A stretch of 64,000 bases of DNA, taken from IMG/VR virus record IMGVR_UViG_3300023174_005338, positions 248,001 to 312,000 of that record. One strand, given 5' to 3'. How positions within the stretch are numbered: the first letter of the stretch is position 1; every line of letters starts with the position of its first letter. Under the pieces are notes generated by a model. That model had not been told where the DNA came from. It ran no database searches and saw nothing but the letters and a program-made list of their open reading frames with translations. Of the stretch, positions 47,007-56,473 are shown in pieces. The position numbers and the translations under genes are program-made.

Positions 47007-47798
47007 ATGGGACGTCCTCTCAAAATTAAAAAAATTATCGAAACTGGTTATAATTCTACTACCGGTGCAAACCCTGGTGTTGACATCGGTTTCAATGCAC
47101 TAACTAGTTTGACAGCACCTGTGTACCCTAGTCCTGTATGGGATTCGGCCACAGAATATCTAGGCGTGGTTGGCGGAGCTCAGCCTCCTACCGTGGCCAG
47201 CACCAACTATCCTATCGTCAAGTGCCGTGTGTTTGTCACAGGTTTTGCCGAAGCAGATGGTCAAATTATTCGTCAAAAAGGCGCACACAAGTTCTTGGTA
47301 GCAGATACAACCAGCAGAACAGCACTGGTGGCCAATCAGGCCTATCGCATTACTACAGTAGGCAACACAGACTGGGCCAGCTATGGTGCTCCCAACGCAC
47401 AGATTGGCACAATCTTCACAGCCACAGCGGCCTTGGGCAATACAGGCACAGGTCGTGTCAACGCGGTTGGCATCTGTGTGTTGGCCAACGATTTGAGCCC
47501 CACAGCCGGCAACATGAGCATCAGCTACTTTGATAATTCATCCACCGAAGTTGCAATCAGCAAGCTAACCAACAAGTTCTTGCAGAATTTCAACGGCGGC
47601 GAAGCTGGTGGCAATGCCGATACTGGCAACGTTTGGGATTACACACAAGTGGTCAACAACGTTACCTATGCTGCCAACTTCTTCAGCGACGAAGGGGTCA
47701 CAGCCAAATCGGGTGCAGAAGTTGACACCTGGGCAGGCACCAGCCAGCTCAGCAGCGGCAACTTGGATCTTGCTATTGTAGAAAACTACAATACTTAA
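47007..47798 (+). CDS. Probable virion structural protein (263 aa)
   Basis: AAGGAG Shine-Dalgarno before ATG 47007 (MGRPLKIKK…); late box upstream; T/G/N/A-rich. Confidence 0.6.
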   Translation: MGRPLKIKKIIETGYNSTTGANPGVDIGFNALTSLTAPVYPSPVWDSATEYLGVVGGAQPPTVASTNYPIVKCRVFVTGFAEADGQIIRQKGAHKFLVADTTSRTALVANQAYRITTVGNTDWASYGAPNAQIGTIFTATAALGNTGTGRVNAVGICVLANDLSPTAGNMSISYFDNSSTEVAISKLTNKFLQNFNGGEAGGNADTGNVWDYTQVVNNVTYAANFFSDEGVTAKSGAEVDTWAGTSQLSSGNLDLAIVENYNT

Positions 47799-47816
47799 TT
47801 TTTTTGTAGCCAACCC

Positions 47817-47850
47817 AAAATCCCCACAATAAGTACTGTGGGGATTTTTT
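47817..47850 (+). terminator. Terminator-like hairpin with a late-promoter-like loop
   Basis: AAAATCCCCACA-ATAAGTAC-TGTGGGGATTTT, ending directly before ATG 47851. Confidence 0.6.
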
Positions 47851-48438
47851 ATGAGCACAGCATTTGTATTGGGCAACGGTGTCAGCCGCAGAGACGTCAG
47901 CGTGGTAACTCTGGCCAGGTGCGGCCGCATCTACGGGTGCAATGCTCTGTATCGAGAACACACTCCGGATGTGTTGGTCTCAACCGACAGACCCATAGCC
48001 GAACACATACAAAAAAGTGGGTACAGTGCCCAACACGAGTTTTACACACGCAGACCCTTGCCCGATCTGGGAGCTCGAATTGTGCCCAAGCCCTATTTTG
48101 GCTACAGTAGTGGACCCATAGCCCTGGGCCTGGCAGCCATGCAAGGCAATGACTTGATCTACATGCTGGGCTATGACATGGGCCCCAGTGCCACCAACAC
48201 CATCAACAATTTGTATGCTGGTACCGAATTCTACAAACCTATCACAGCCTCGCCCACTTTTACCGGCAACTGGCTCAAACAACTTGTACAGGTGATTACC
48301 GATCACAAAAACACGCAGTTTGTACGGGTCACTGGGCCTACCACAGCACGTCTAGCCGAGCTGGAAGCCCTGCGCAATCTAGAACACCTGGACATGCACA
48401 TGTTTTTAGACCGCATAAATAATCAAAAGGATCTATAA
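47851..48438 (+). CDS. Hypothetical protein, Rossmann-like (possibly MptE/Maf-like or glycan-related)
   Basis: AFVLGNGVSR, YGCNALYRE, SSGPIAL, IYMLGYD. Confidence 0.5.
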   Translation: MSTAFVLGNGVSRRDVSVVTLARCGRIYGCNALYREHTPDVLVSTDRPIAEHIQKSGYSAQHEFYTRRPLPDLGARIVPKPYFGYSSGPIALGLAAMQGNDLIYMLGYDMGPSATNTINNLYAGTEFYKPITASPTFTGNWLKQLVQVITDHKNTQFVRVTGPTTARLAELEALRNLEHLDMHMFLDRINNQKDL

Positions 48439-49047
48439 ATGACCACGAGTTACAAAACTGTCAACGGCGATTATACCATCACCTGCAATGAAGGCCTTGG
48501 TATTTTCACGGTTAATGCAGCCAATTTGATATTCAACGGCAATATCACTCAAAGCGGAAACACCACCATTGTTGATCCGTTTTTGGTAGTGGCAGCCAAC
48601 AACACCGGTACAATCACAGACATGGGTGTGCTGGCACAAACCGGTCCAACAACCTTTGCTGGTCTGCGCTTTGATGTTACTGCCAATGCCTGGCAGATCA
48701 GCAACAGTGTCAACGGATCCGGCGGCGCCATTGCCAGTTATGCCAACATATTGACCACAGTTACCGCAGTGGCAGTTGGGGGCTCTAACACACAGATACA
48801 GTTCAACGATTCAGGTGCTTTTGGAGCATCGGCCAATTTGTCGTTTAACAAAGCCACTAATCGACTGTTTTTGGGTGGACATCAAGTTTTTGCCAACACA
48901 GTCGCTCCGGCCAATGTGGCCAATGCTGTGGCACTGTACAGCAATGCAGTCAGCAGCGGCGGCACAGGATTGTATTTTACATCGGCCGCGGCCAACGACG
49001 AACTGGTCAGCAAAAGTGCAGCCATAGTATTTGCAATCATATTTTAA
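48439..49047 (+). CDS. Fibre/virion structural protein
   Basis: GGSNTQIQFNDSGAFGASANLSFN module shared with the downstream fibres. Confidence 0.6.
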   Translation: MTTSYKTVNGDYTITCNEGLGIFTVNAANLIFNGNITQSGNTTIVDPFLVVAANNTGTITDMGVLAQTGPTTFAGLRFDVTANAWQISNSVNGSGGAIASYANILTTVTAVAVGGSNTQIQFNDSGAFGASANLSFNKATNRLFLGGHQVFANTVAPANVANAVALYSNAVSSGGTGLYFTSAAANDELVSKSAAIVFAIIF

Positions 49048-49056
49048 GGAACATAA

Positions 49057-49374
49057 ATGACAATAACAACACAGGTAATTTCTAACACAGTGGTAGGCAA
49101 CACAGTTTATACCAGCGGCGGAAACACTGCTATCACCTGGATGAGTCTCAACAACTGGGGCCCAGCCAACGTGACTGCCAATGTGTTTGTAGTGCCTAAC
49201 GGCAATACCGCAACAACCAGCAATCAGATTTTGTATGCATTGCCATTGGCCAGTGGTGACACCTATCAACTATATGCTGCTGGAGAAAAATTATTGTTGG
49301 GCTCCGGCGACTTTGTGCGAGTCATAACTTCGGCTAACACAGTGACCGCGGTAACTTCGTATACCTCGATTTAA
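49057..49374 (+). CDS. Small virion structural protein
   Basis: AAGGA Shine-Dalgarno; T/N/V-rich, 105 aa; in the fibre cluster. Confidence 0.55.
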   Translation: MTITTQVISNTVVGNTVYTSGGNTAITWMSLNNWGPANVTANVFVVPNGNTATTSNQILYALPLASGDTYQLYAAGEKLLLGSGDFVRVITSANTVTAVTSYTSI

Positions 49375-49772
49375 TGGGATATTTTGTAAAAAATCGGCAG
49401 TTGCAGAGCGGCAGTTCTGGGGTGGTTCTTCCCTCTGGCGACAGCGCCCAGCGTCCACAAAATCCAGCATTTGGACTCATACGCTACAACACCGATTCGT
49501 CGGGCTTTGTGGAGTTTTTCAACGGCACCGAATTTGTGGCCCTGAGCTCAGGAGACGTTCAATACACTGTGGACAATTTTGTTGGCAACGGAGTGCAAAC
49601 AGACTTTACCATGAGCGTGGCCGAAAGCACAGCCACACAGATCATGGTATATGTGGGATCAATCTATCAAGAACCCACCACGGCCTACACAGTCAACGGC
49701 TCAGTGACCTTATCTTTTACCAGCGCACCTCCAAACACAGTACCAATCAACGTGATACACACCAGCTCTTGA
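49374..49772 (+). CDS. Small virion structural protein
   Basis: LPSGDSAQRP…GLIRYNTD and FVGNGVQTDFT…VYVGSIYQEP…Y…LSFTSAP modules, both recurring in the long fibre. Confidence 0.6.
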   Translation: MGYFVKNRQLQSGSSGVVLPSGDSAQRPQNPAFGLIRYNTDSSGFVEFFNGTEFVALSSGDVQYTVDNFVGNGVQTDFTMSVAESTATQIMVYVGSIYQEPTTAYTVNGSVTLSFTSAPPNTVPINVIHTSS

Positions 49773-49800
49773 CCGATAAATACCTTGACAAGGACCATCT

Positions 49801-50841
49801 ATGGCAGTTAATTTAGTCAAAGGGCAAATACTTTCCAGCATTCTTGAACGCGATGGCATTGACATCAGCATAGCCAATGCCAATGTGGGTATCAATACCA
49901 ATTCGCCCACAGTCAGACTTGAAGTAGTTGGCAACGTAATAGTTGGAAATTTCAGCACAGCTGGCAATGTGGCCACAGGAAATCTGCTTACCAATAACCT
50001 GCTGTATGCCAATGGCACACCTTGGGATCTACAACAGCCAGCAGGCAACAACACAGAAATACAATTCAACAACAACAGCCAATTTGGCGCCAGTGCCAAC
50101 TTGACCTTTGATACCACGGCCAACTTGCTGACAGTAAATGCCACGGCCAACATAGCCAATCTCAATGTTGCTGGTAACACAAGCGTGGGCGGTAACATCA
50201 CAGGTGGCAATTTACTGACCAATGGCAATGTCAGTGCCACTGGCAACGTTACTGGCAATTATTTCTTTGGTACATTTGTTGGTAACATATCGGGCAATTT
50301 AACGGTACCTGGATCTAGCACACAGGTTATCTACAACTACAACGGAAACGCCGCAGCAAGCCCGGGGTTTACCTTTGACCAATCCTCAAATGCCGTGGTG
50401 GTTACCGGCAACGTGACAGCTGGCAATGTAAACACAGTTGGCAATGTCACAACTGGTAATTTAAACACAGTTGGCAATGTCACGGCTGGCAATGTCTTGG
50501 TTGGAAATATTCTTGTTCCTGCTGTGGGCAACATCAGTGCCGGTAACGTAAACATCAATAATCTGTCAGATCCAGCGGCCAATCAAGATGCAGCCACCAA
50601 ATACTATGTAGACCAAAGTATAAGCAATACAGCAGTTACCAATCAAATCTTGTACGGCAACAATGTGGCCACCACATTTACCTTAAATCGGAGTACCACC
50701 ACAGCTGCGGTCTTGATCATGCTCAACGGTATCACACAAGTGCCAGATCAGTCCTATGCCATGGTTCCTAGCCCTAGCACCAATTTGGTGTTTTCAGAAG
50801 CTCCTGAAACAGGCGATGTCATAGACATTAGATTCCTGTAA
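49801..50841 (+). CDS. Fibre-like structural protein
   Basis: GNVTAGN repeats, DPAANQDAATKYYVD, C-terminal LNGITQVP…LVFSEAP.TGDVIDIR. Confidence 0.65.
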   Translation: MAVNLVKGQILSSILERDGIDISIANANVGINTNSPTVRLEVVGNVIVGNFSTAGNVATGNLLTNNLLYANGTPWDLQQPAGNNTEIQFNNNSQFGASANLTFDTTANLLTVNATANIANLNVAGNTSVGGNITGGNLLTNGNVSATGNVTGNYFFGTFVGNISGNLTVPGSSTQVIYNYNGNAAASPGFTFDQSSNAVVVTGNVTAGNVNTVGNVTTGNLNTVGNVTAGNVLVGNILVPAVGNISAGNVNINNLSDPAANQDAATKYYVDQSISNTAVTNQILYGNNVATTFTLNRSTTTAAVLIMLNGITQVPDQSYAMVPSPSTNLVFSEAPETGDVIDIRFL

Positions 50842-51091
50842 AAATATCCCTGCTACGTCACGGATTTTTTGCTGAGAAATAAATACAGTATCCTTCCAAC
50901 AGACCACTGCTGTCTACCCAGCAACACCGTCTCTCCAGAGCGAATAGCTCCAAAAAATCGTGTTGCAATATCCAAAATATCCGGACTCTGGTAAATACAT
51001 CATAGCCCGTGAATTTTCACGAGCTTAAAATTTAAGGTTGATGACATTGAGTCATCAACAGTGTTGTAAAAAGGCAATCGGAGATAAAAAA

Positions 51092-54000
51092 ATGCCAGTC
51101 ACACGAATTAATAACAATCAAGTCACAGACGCTTCAGCAGGCAATACCATTGTTGGTATCAACGCAGGCACCAAACTGCAAAATTACTCGATCACTGCTA
51201 CCAAGATCGCCAACAACTTGACCTATGGTTCGGATTTGACTATCACAGGTAATTTGACCGTCCAAGGCAATACCACAGCCATTGACACCACGACAACTAC
51301 CATTGAAGATCCGTTGTTGTTGTTGGCCTCAACACAAACAGGAGCCCCATCAGTAGACATTGGTTATATTGGCGAGCGCGGCACCAGCGAAAATATTGCA
51401 TTTGTATGGGACGAAAGTGCCAGCGAATTTGTTACGGCTTTTACCAGCACAACTGATTCCAACACAACCATAACTATCACCAGCTATGCCAATGCTCGCG
51501 TGGGCAACATGGTAGTAGGTGGCACTACCAGTTTATCTGGCAACGTGATTGGCACAGCAAACTTCACAGGCAACGTTAATGCAGGCAACGTGAGTGCAGT
51601 TGGCACTATGAGAGCTGCTTCAACTGTGGGCGGTGTGATAACCGGTTCGAGTGCAAGTGTCACAGGTGGAGTCACTGCCGCATCGGTTGCAGGTGGAGTC
51701 ATTACAGGTACAAGTACAAGTGTCACTGGCACACAAACAGCTGCGAGTACAGTGGGTGGAGTCATAACTGGCACAAGCGCAAGTGTCACAGGTGGAGTCA
51801 CTGCCGCATCAGTGGCAGGTGGCGTTATCACCGGAACTTCTACTTCAGTAACAGGAACACAAACCGCCGCCTCAACAGTGGGTGGCGTCATAACCGGTTC
51901 GAGTGCAAGTGTCACAGGTGGAGTCACTGCCGCATCGGTTGCAGGTGGCGTTATCACCGGAACTTCTACTTCTGTAACTGGCACACAAACTGCTGCTTCG
52001 ACAGTGGGTGGTGTAATCACCGGAACTTCTACTTCTGTAACTGGCACACAAACCGCCGCCTCAACAGTGGGTGGTGTTATTACTGGTTCCAATGTCAGTG
52101 TCTCTGGCAACGTTGTTGCTGCAGGGAACGTAAGTGCCGCTTGGTTGATTGGTAACATACAAGGTTCAGTGACATCACCTGGTGCCAACACACAGATCTT
52201 GTTCAACGACAGCGGAGTGGCCAATGCCACTGGCGGATTCACATTCAACAAAACATCAAACTTGGTCACTGTAGGTGGCAACGTCAACGCAACCAATTTC
52301 AATGGCAATGTGTTTGGCACAAGTGTCAGTGCAAGTGGTACGGTAACAGCTGCCTCAACTGTGGGTGGAGTTATCACAGGTACATCAACTTCTGTAACTG
52401 GCACACAAACTGCTGCTAGTACAGTGGGCGGTGTGATTACAGGTTCAAGTTCAAGTGTCACAGGAACACAAACAGCTGCCTCAACAGTGGGTGGCGTAAT
52501 CACCGGAAGTTCTACTTCCGTAACTGGTAGTCAAACAGCTGCCTCCACAGTGGGCGGCGTAATCACTGGATCAAGTGTCAGTGTCACAGGCACAGCCACT
52601 GCGGCCTCAACTGCGGGCGGTGTGATCACTGGATCAACCATCAGTACCACAGGCAACATCACAGGTCCCAATGTCAATGCAGCACAACTTTACAATGCCA
52701 CTGCGGTCACGGTCAAAGCCGGCACAGGCAACATTAATCTTGATACCACTTCAGGCAACATCGTGGTCAACAATACCTACATCAACGGTGTACAATTAAA
52801 CCCAGTACAGAACTCGGACGTGGCATCTAAGTATTATGTTGACCTCCAGGCTTCAACAGCATTGACCTTCCACTCAGCAGTGCAAGCGGCCACCACAACG
52901 ACCCTGGCCACAACCACGGGTGGTACTATAACCTACGCACAACCCAATGGTGTTGCCAATGGCGTTGGTGCTACGTTAACTACAACTGGCTCGTTCAACC
53001 TCATCGACACAGCCAACGTTCAAACCGTGGGCACAAGAATCTTGGTCAAGAACGAAGGCAATGGTGTATTCAACGGCGTTTACACCTGGAGCAATGCCAC
53101 AGTGATCACACGTGCCACAGATGCTGACGTTTACGGACCCAACGATGCAGAAGAGCTCAGCCTCAACGACTATTTCTTTGTGGCTGGCGGCAACGTCAAC
53201 GTGGGATCTGCCTGGGTGGTTGATGCTCCACAAGGAGTCATCACATTTGGCACTAGCAACATCCAATTTGCCCAGTTCAGCCAAGCCCAGATTTATTCAG
53301 CCAATACCTCAGCTGGTTTGAGCCTAATAGGCACAGTGTTCTCAGCCAAGGTCGACAACAATACCACGGCCTTTGACGGACAAGGCAATATTTCAGTCAA
53401 AGCTGGCGCAAACCTGACCACACCCAACATTGGTGCTGCCACAGGTACAAGTTTAAGCGTCACTGGCACAGTCACAGCCGCATCAACCGTGGGTGGAGTC
53501 ATAACTGGCACAAGCGCAAGTGTCACAGGTGGCGTCACAGCCGCATCGGTGGCAGGTGGTGTGATAACAGGTACAAGTACAAGTGTCACTGGCACACAAA
53601 CAGCTGCGAGTACAGTGGGTGGAGTCATAACTGGCACAAGCGCAAGTGTCACAGGTGGAGTCACTGCCGCATCAGTGGCAGGTGGCGTTATAACAGGTAC
53701 ATCAACAAGTGTCACTGGCTCACAAACAGCAGCCTCAACAGTGGGTGGTGTGATTACGGGTACAAGCGTCAGCGTTTCTGGCAACGTAACAGCTGGCAAC
53801 ACCAACAGCAACTTGTATGGAACCACAGTCAGTGCCAGTGGCACTGTGACTGCTGCTAGTACTGTGGGTGGAGTAATCACAGGAACTTCTACGTCTGTAA
53901 CCGGCACACAAACTGCCGCGAGTACAGTGGGTGGTGTAATTACTGGATCAAGTGTGTCAGTCACAGGTGGTGTAACAGCCGCTTCAGTGGCAGGTGGAGT

Positions 54001-56395
54001 GATCACTGGCACAAGTACCAGCGTAACTGGCACACAAACAGCGGCATCTACAGTGGGTGGTGTCATAACAGGAACATCTGCTTCATTGAGTGGTAACGTC
54101 ACTGGTGGCAACATCCTAACCAGCGGCAACGTAAGTGCCACAGGCAATGTCACAGGTGCTTGGTTGATTGGTAACATACAAGGATCGGTCACATCTCCTG
54201 GTGCCAATACCCAGATTTTGTTCAACGACAGCGGTGTAGCCAATGCCACAGCAGGATTCACGTTTAACAAGACCTCAAACTTGGTCACTGTGGGTGGCAA
54301 TGTCAATGCCACCAATTTCAATGGCAATGTGTTTGGCACCTCAGTCAGTGCTAGTGGCACAGTTACAGCCGCGTCTACGGTGGGCGGAGTCATAACCGGA
54401 TCAAGTGCTAGTGTAACAGGTACTGTGACTGCTGCATCAACAGTGGGTGGTGTGATTACCGGATCAACAGCCAGCCTTAGTGGCAATATAACTGGAGCCA
54501 ATCTCATACTGTCATCGGGCTTTGTAGATGGTCCAGCCGCAGGCAGGATCACCATCAATGGAAGAGACTTTGATACAGACTTTGCTGTGGATGGCAATAC
54601 TGCAGCCAACGTGTTCTATGTGGATGCCGGCACAGGCACAGCCAGCTTTGGCAACAGCACACAGGTCACCAATGCATTGGTATCTTTCCAGAGCACAAAC
54701 TCAATCCGGACGCCAGTAGGCAACACAGCACAGCGTCCAAGTGTGGGTGTCACAGGTATGTTGCGTTTCAATACCACTACCAACGCTGTGGAAGTCTATG
54801 ACAACAGTCAATGGACCTCGGTGGGTGTTCCAGTGTTCACAGTGATAGCTGACCAACAGTTTGCGGGTGATGGCAGCACAGTAGCATTTACACTGGGCAG
54901 CACACAGACAACCAACAGTTGTATTGTTTCGATCAACGGTGTGGTACAGATTCCAACCCTGGCCTATGCAGTAGCAGGCACCAATCCAACCTGCGTGCTC
55001 ACATTCACAGAAGCTCCGGCTGCTGGTGACGTGATTGATGTGCGCCAGATCACCACAACAACCACAGTTACTCAGATCAGCAATAGCAGCGGCAATGCTG
55101 CGGTCTCAACCAGTCCTAGCTCTGCACAGGTCAATGTCACTGGAGACCTCAGTGTCAGTGGAAGTATCTTGGGTGGTAATATCAACAGCACTGCTATCAC
55201 CAATGGCACATCAAACATGTCAGTGGTCAGCAGTGGTGGCAACATACGTGGCAACGTGGGCGGCACCACAGTCATGACCATAAGCCCAGGTCTAGTAGAC
55301 ATTGTGGGCGACTTGACTGTGTCGGGCAATGCCACACTCAGCGGCAACATCCTGGGCGATCGTGTACAGAATGGTACAACCAGCATTGACATCCAAACAC
55401 CCAATGGCAATGCCAACATCAGTATTGCTGGCACAAGCAACGTGGCTGTGTTTACCACCACTGGTGTAAGTGTCGCTGGCAACGTTTCGGCTGGCAATGT
55501 TCTAATCAGTGGCAATATTGTTGACACAAATGCGTTAAGCATTATTACAGGTAGCAACGGTAACATTGCTTTGGCACCCAATGGCTCAGGCATAGTCACA
55601 GTGAGTTCTGCTTTGAGTGCCACCGGCAACATCACAGGTGGCAATCTTAGATTGGGATCGGGCAGCAATGCGGTATTGGATTTTGCCAGCGCCAATCTGC
55701 ACATAACAAACAACAATGCCAGTGGCAATATCACTTTGTTTACCAATTTTGGTGGCAGTGGTGTTGTTGAGGTCTTCAAAGTACTTGGCACAGGCACACA
55801 GGGGGTGTTTACCAATGGAGATATTACACTCAGTGGCAACATCAGTGACACTGGTGCACTTAACATTAACACAGGCAGCAACGGTAACCTGACTCTTAAT
55901 GCTGGCAGTGGTAGTATTATAATCAACAGTGGCATCCTCAACGGTCAAGCCAATGCCACAGGCAATATTGGTAGCGCCACCAGTTATTTCAACACCATAT
56001 TTGCCAAAGCCACTTCAGCACAGTACGCTGACTTGGCCGAGAAATACACCGCAGACGCAGAATATGCACCGGGTACAGTGGTACAGTTTGGTGGCTCAGC
56101 TGAAGTTACCTTGTGTGTCGACGATGGCTGTGCAAGAGTGGCAGGTGTAGTTTCTACCAACCCCAGCTACAGAATGAACGATGGCTTGCAAAGTGCGCAT
56201 ACTGCCATGGTAGCACTCACTGGTCGTGTGCCTACAAGCGTAACTGGCACAGTGCGCAAAGGTGACATGATGGTGTCAGCTGGCAACGGCACAGCAAGAG
56301 CTGAAGCCAATCCACAGGTAGGAACAGTGATTGGCAAAGCCCTGGCTGACAGCGAAGGCGATGCAGTTATAGAAGTAGTAGTCGGCCGCGTTTAA
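51092..56395 (+). CDS. Long tail-fibre-like protein (1767 aa) with 21-aa repeats and a C-terminal intramolecular-chaperone-like domain
   Basis: GGAG Shine-Dalgarno before ATG 51092; about 24 copies of AAS(T/V)(V/A)GGVITGxSxSVTGxxT; C-terminal ATSAQYADLAEKY…GVVSTNPSY…VALTGRVP…KGD…GTVIGKAL. Confidence 0.75.
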   Translation: MPVTRINNNQVTDASAGNTIVGINAGTKLQNYSITATKIANNLTYGSDLTITGNLTVQGNTTAIDTTTTTIEDPLLLLASTQTGAPSVDIGYIGERGTSENIAFVWDESASEFVTAFTSTTDSNTTITITSYANARVGNMVVGGTTSLSGNVIGTANFTGNVNAGNVSAVGTMRAASTVGGVITGSSASVTGGVTAASVAGGVITGTSTSVTGTQTAASTVGGVITGTSASVTGGVTAASVAGGVITGTSTSVTGTQTAASTVGGVITGSSASVTGGVTAASVAGGVITGTSTSVTGTQTAASTVGGVITGTSTSVTGTQTAASTVGGVITGSNVSVSGNVVAAGNVSAAWLIGNIQGSVTSPGANTQILFNDSGVANATGGFTFNKTSNLVTVGGNVNATNFNGNVFGTSVSASGTVTAASTVGGVITGTSTSVTGTQTAASTVGGVITGSSSSVTGTQTAASTVGGVITGSSTSVTGSQTAASTVGGVITGSSVSVTGTATAASTAGGVITGSTISTTGNITGPNVNAAQLYNATAVTVKAGTGNINLDTTSGNIVVNNTYINGVQLNPVQNSDVASKYYVDLQASTALTFHSAVQAATTTTLATTTGGTITYAQPNGVANGVGATLTTTGSFNLIDTANVQTVGTRILVKNEGNGVFNGVYTWSNATVITRATDADVYGPNDAEELSLNDYFFVAGGNVNVGSAWVVDAPQGVITFGTSNIQFAQFSQAQIYSANTSAGLSLIGTVFSAKVDNNTTAFDGQGNISVKAGANLTTPNIGAATGTSLSVTGTVTAASTVGGVITGTSASVTGGVTAASVAGGVITGTSTSVTGTQTAASTVGGVITGTSASVTGGVTAASVAGGVITGTSTSVTGSQTAASTVGGVITGTSVSVSGNVTAGNTNSNLYGTTVSASGTVTAASTVGGVITGTSTSVTGTQTAASTVGGVITGSSVSVTGGVTAASVAGGVITGTSTSVTGTQTAASTVGGVITGTSASLSGNVTGGNILTSGNVSATGNVTGAWLIGNIQGSVTSPGANTQILFNDSGVANATAGFTFNKTSNLVTVGGNVNATNFNGNVFGTSVSASGTVTAASTVGGVITGSSASVTGTVTAASTVGGVITGSTASLSGNITGANLILSSGFVDGPAAGRITINGRDFDTDFAVDGNTAANVFYVDAGTGTASFGNSTQVTNALVSFQSTNSIRTPVGNTAQRPSVGVTGMLRFNTTTNAVEVYDNSQWTSVGVPVFTVIADQQFAGDGSTVAFTLGSTQTTNSCIVSINGVVQIPTLAYAVAGTNPTCVLTFTEAPAAGDVIDVRQITTTTTVTQISNSSGNAAVSTSPSSAQVNVTGDLSVSGSILGGNINSTAITNGTSNMSVVSSGGNIRGNVGGTTVMTISPGLVDIVGDLTVSGNATLSGNILGDRVQNGTTSIDIQTPNGNANISIAGTSNVAVFTTTGVSVAGNVSAGNVLISGNIVDTNALSIITGSNGNIALAPNGSGIVTVSSALSATGNITGGNLRLGSGSNAVLDFASANLHITNNNASGNITLFTNFGGSGVVEVFKVLGTGTQGVFTNGDITLSGNISDTGALNINTGSNGNLTLNAGSGSIIINSGILNGQANATGNIGSATSYFNTIFAKATSAQYADLAEKYTADAEYAPGTVVQFGGSAEVTLCVDDGCARVAGVVSTNPSYRMNDGLQSAHTAMVALTGRVPTSVTGTVRKGDMMVSAGNGTARAEANPQVGTVIGKALADSEGDAVIEVVVGRV
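51610..54490 (+). repeat. In-frame 63-nt (21-aa) tandem repeat blocks in the fibre gene
   Basis: Blocks of about 8, 5, 5, 4 and 2 units. Includes an exact 125-nt direct repeat (51704-51828 = 53567-53691) and a duplicated ~80-aa module (AWLIGNIQGSVTSPGANTQILFNDSG…). Confidence 0.85.
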
Positions 56396-56410
56396 TAGCT
56401 TAAAGCTGTG

Positions 56411-56443
56411 AAAAATAGGACTGGTCACAGTCCTATTTTTTTT
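56411..56443 (+). terminator. Rho-independent terminator
   Basis: AAAAATAGGACTG-GTCA-CAGTCCTATTTTT plus T-run. Confidence 0.85.
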
Positions 56444-56473
56444 GGCTAAATATTAAACATTAATGGAACTACA

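Noticed and set aside
51610-54490. 63-nt periodic repeats as a possible CRISPR array
   Set aside because: They are in-frame coding repeats with third-position variation and no unique spacers; no cas genes are present.
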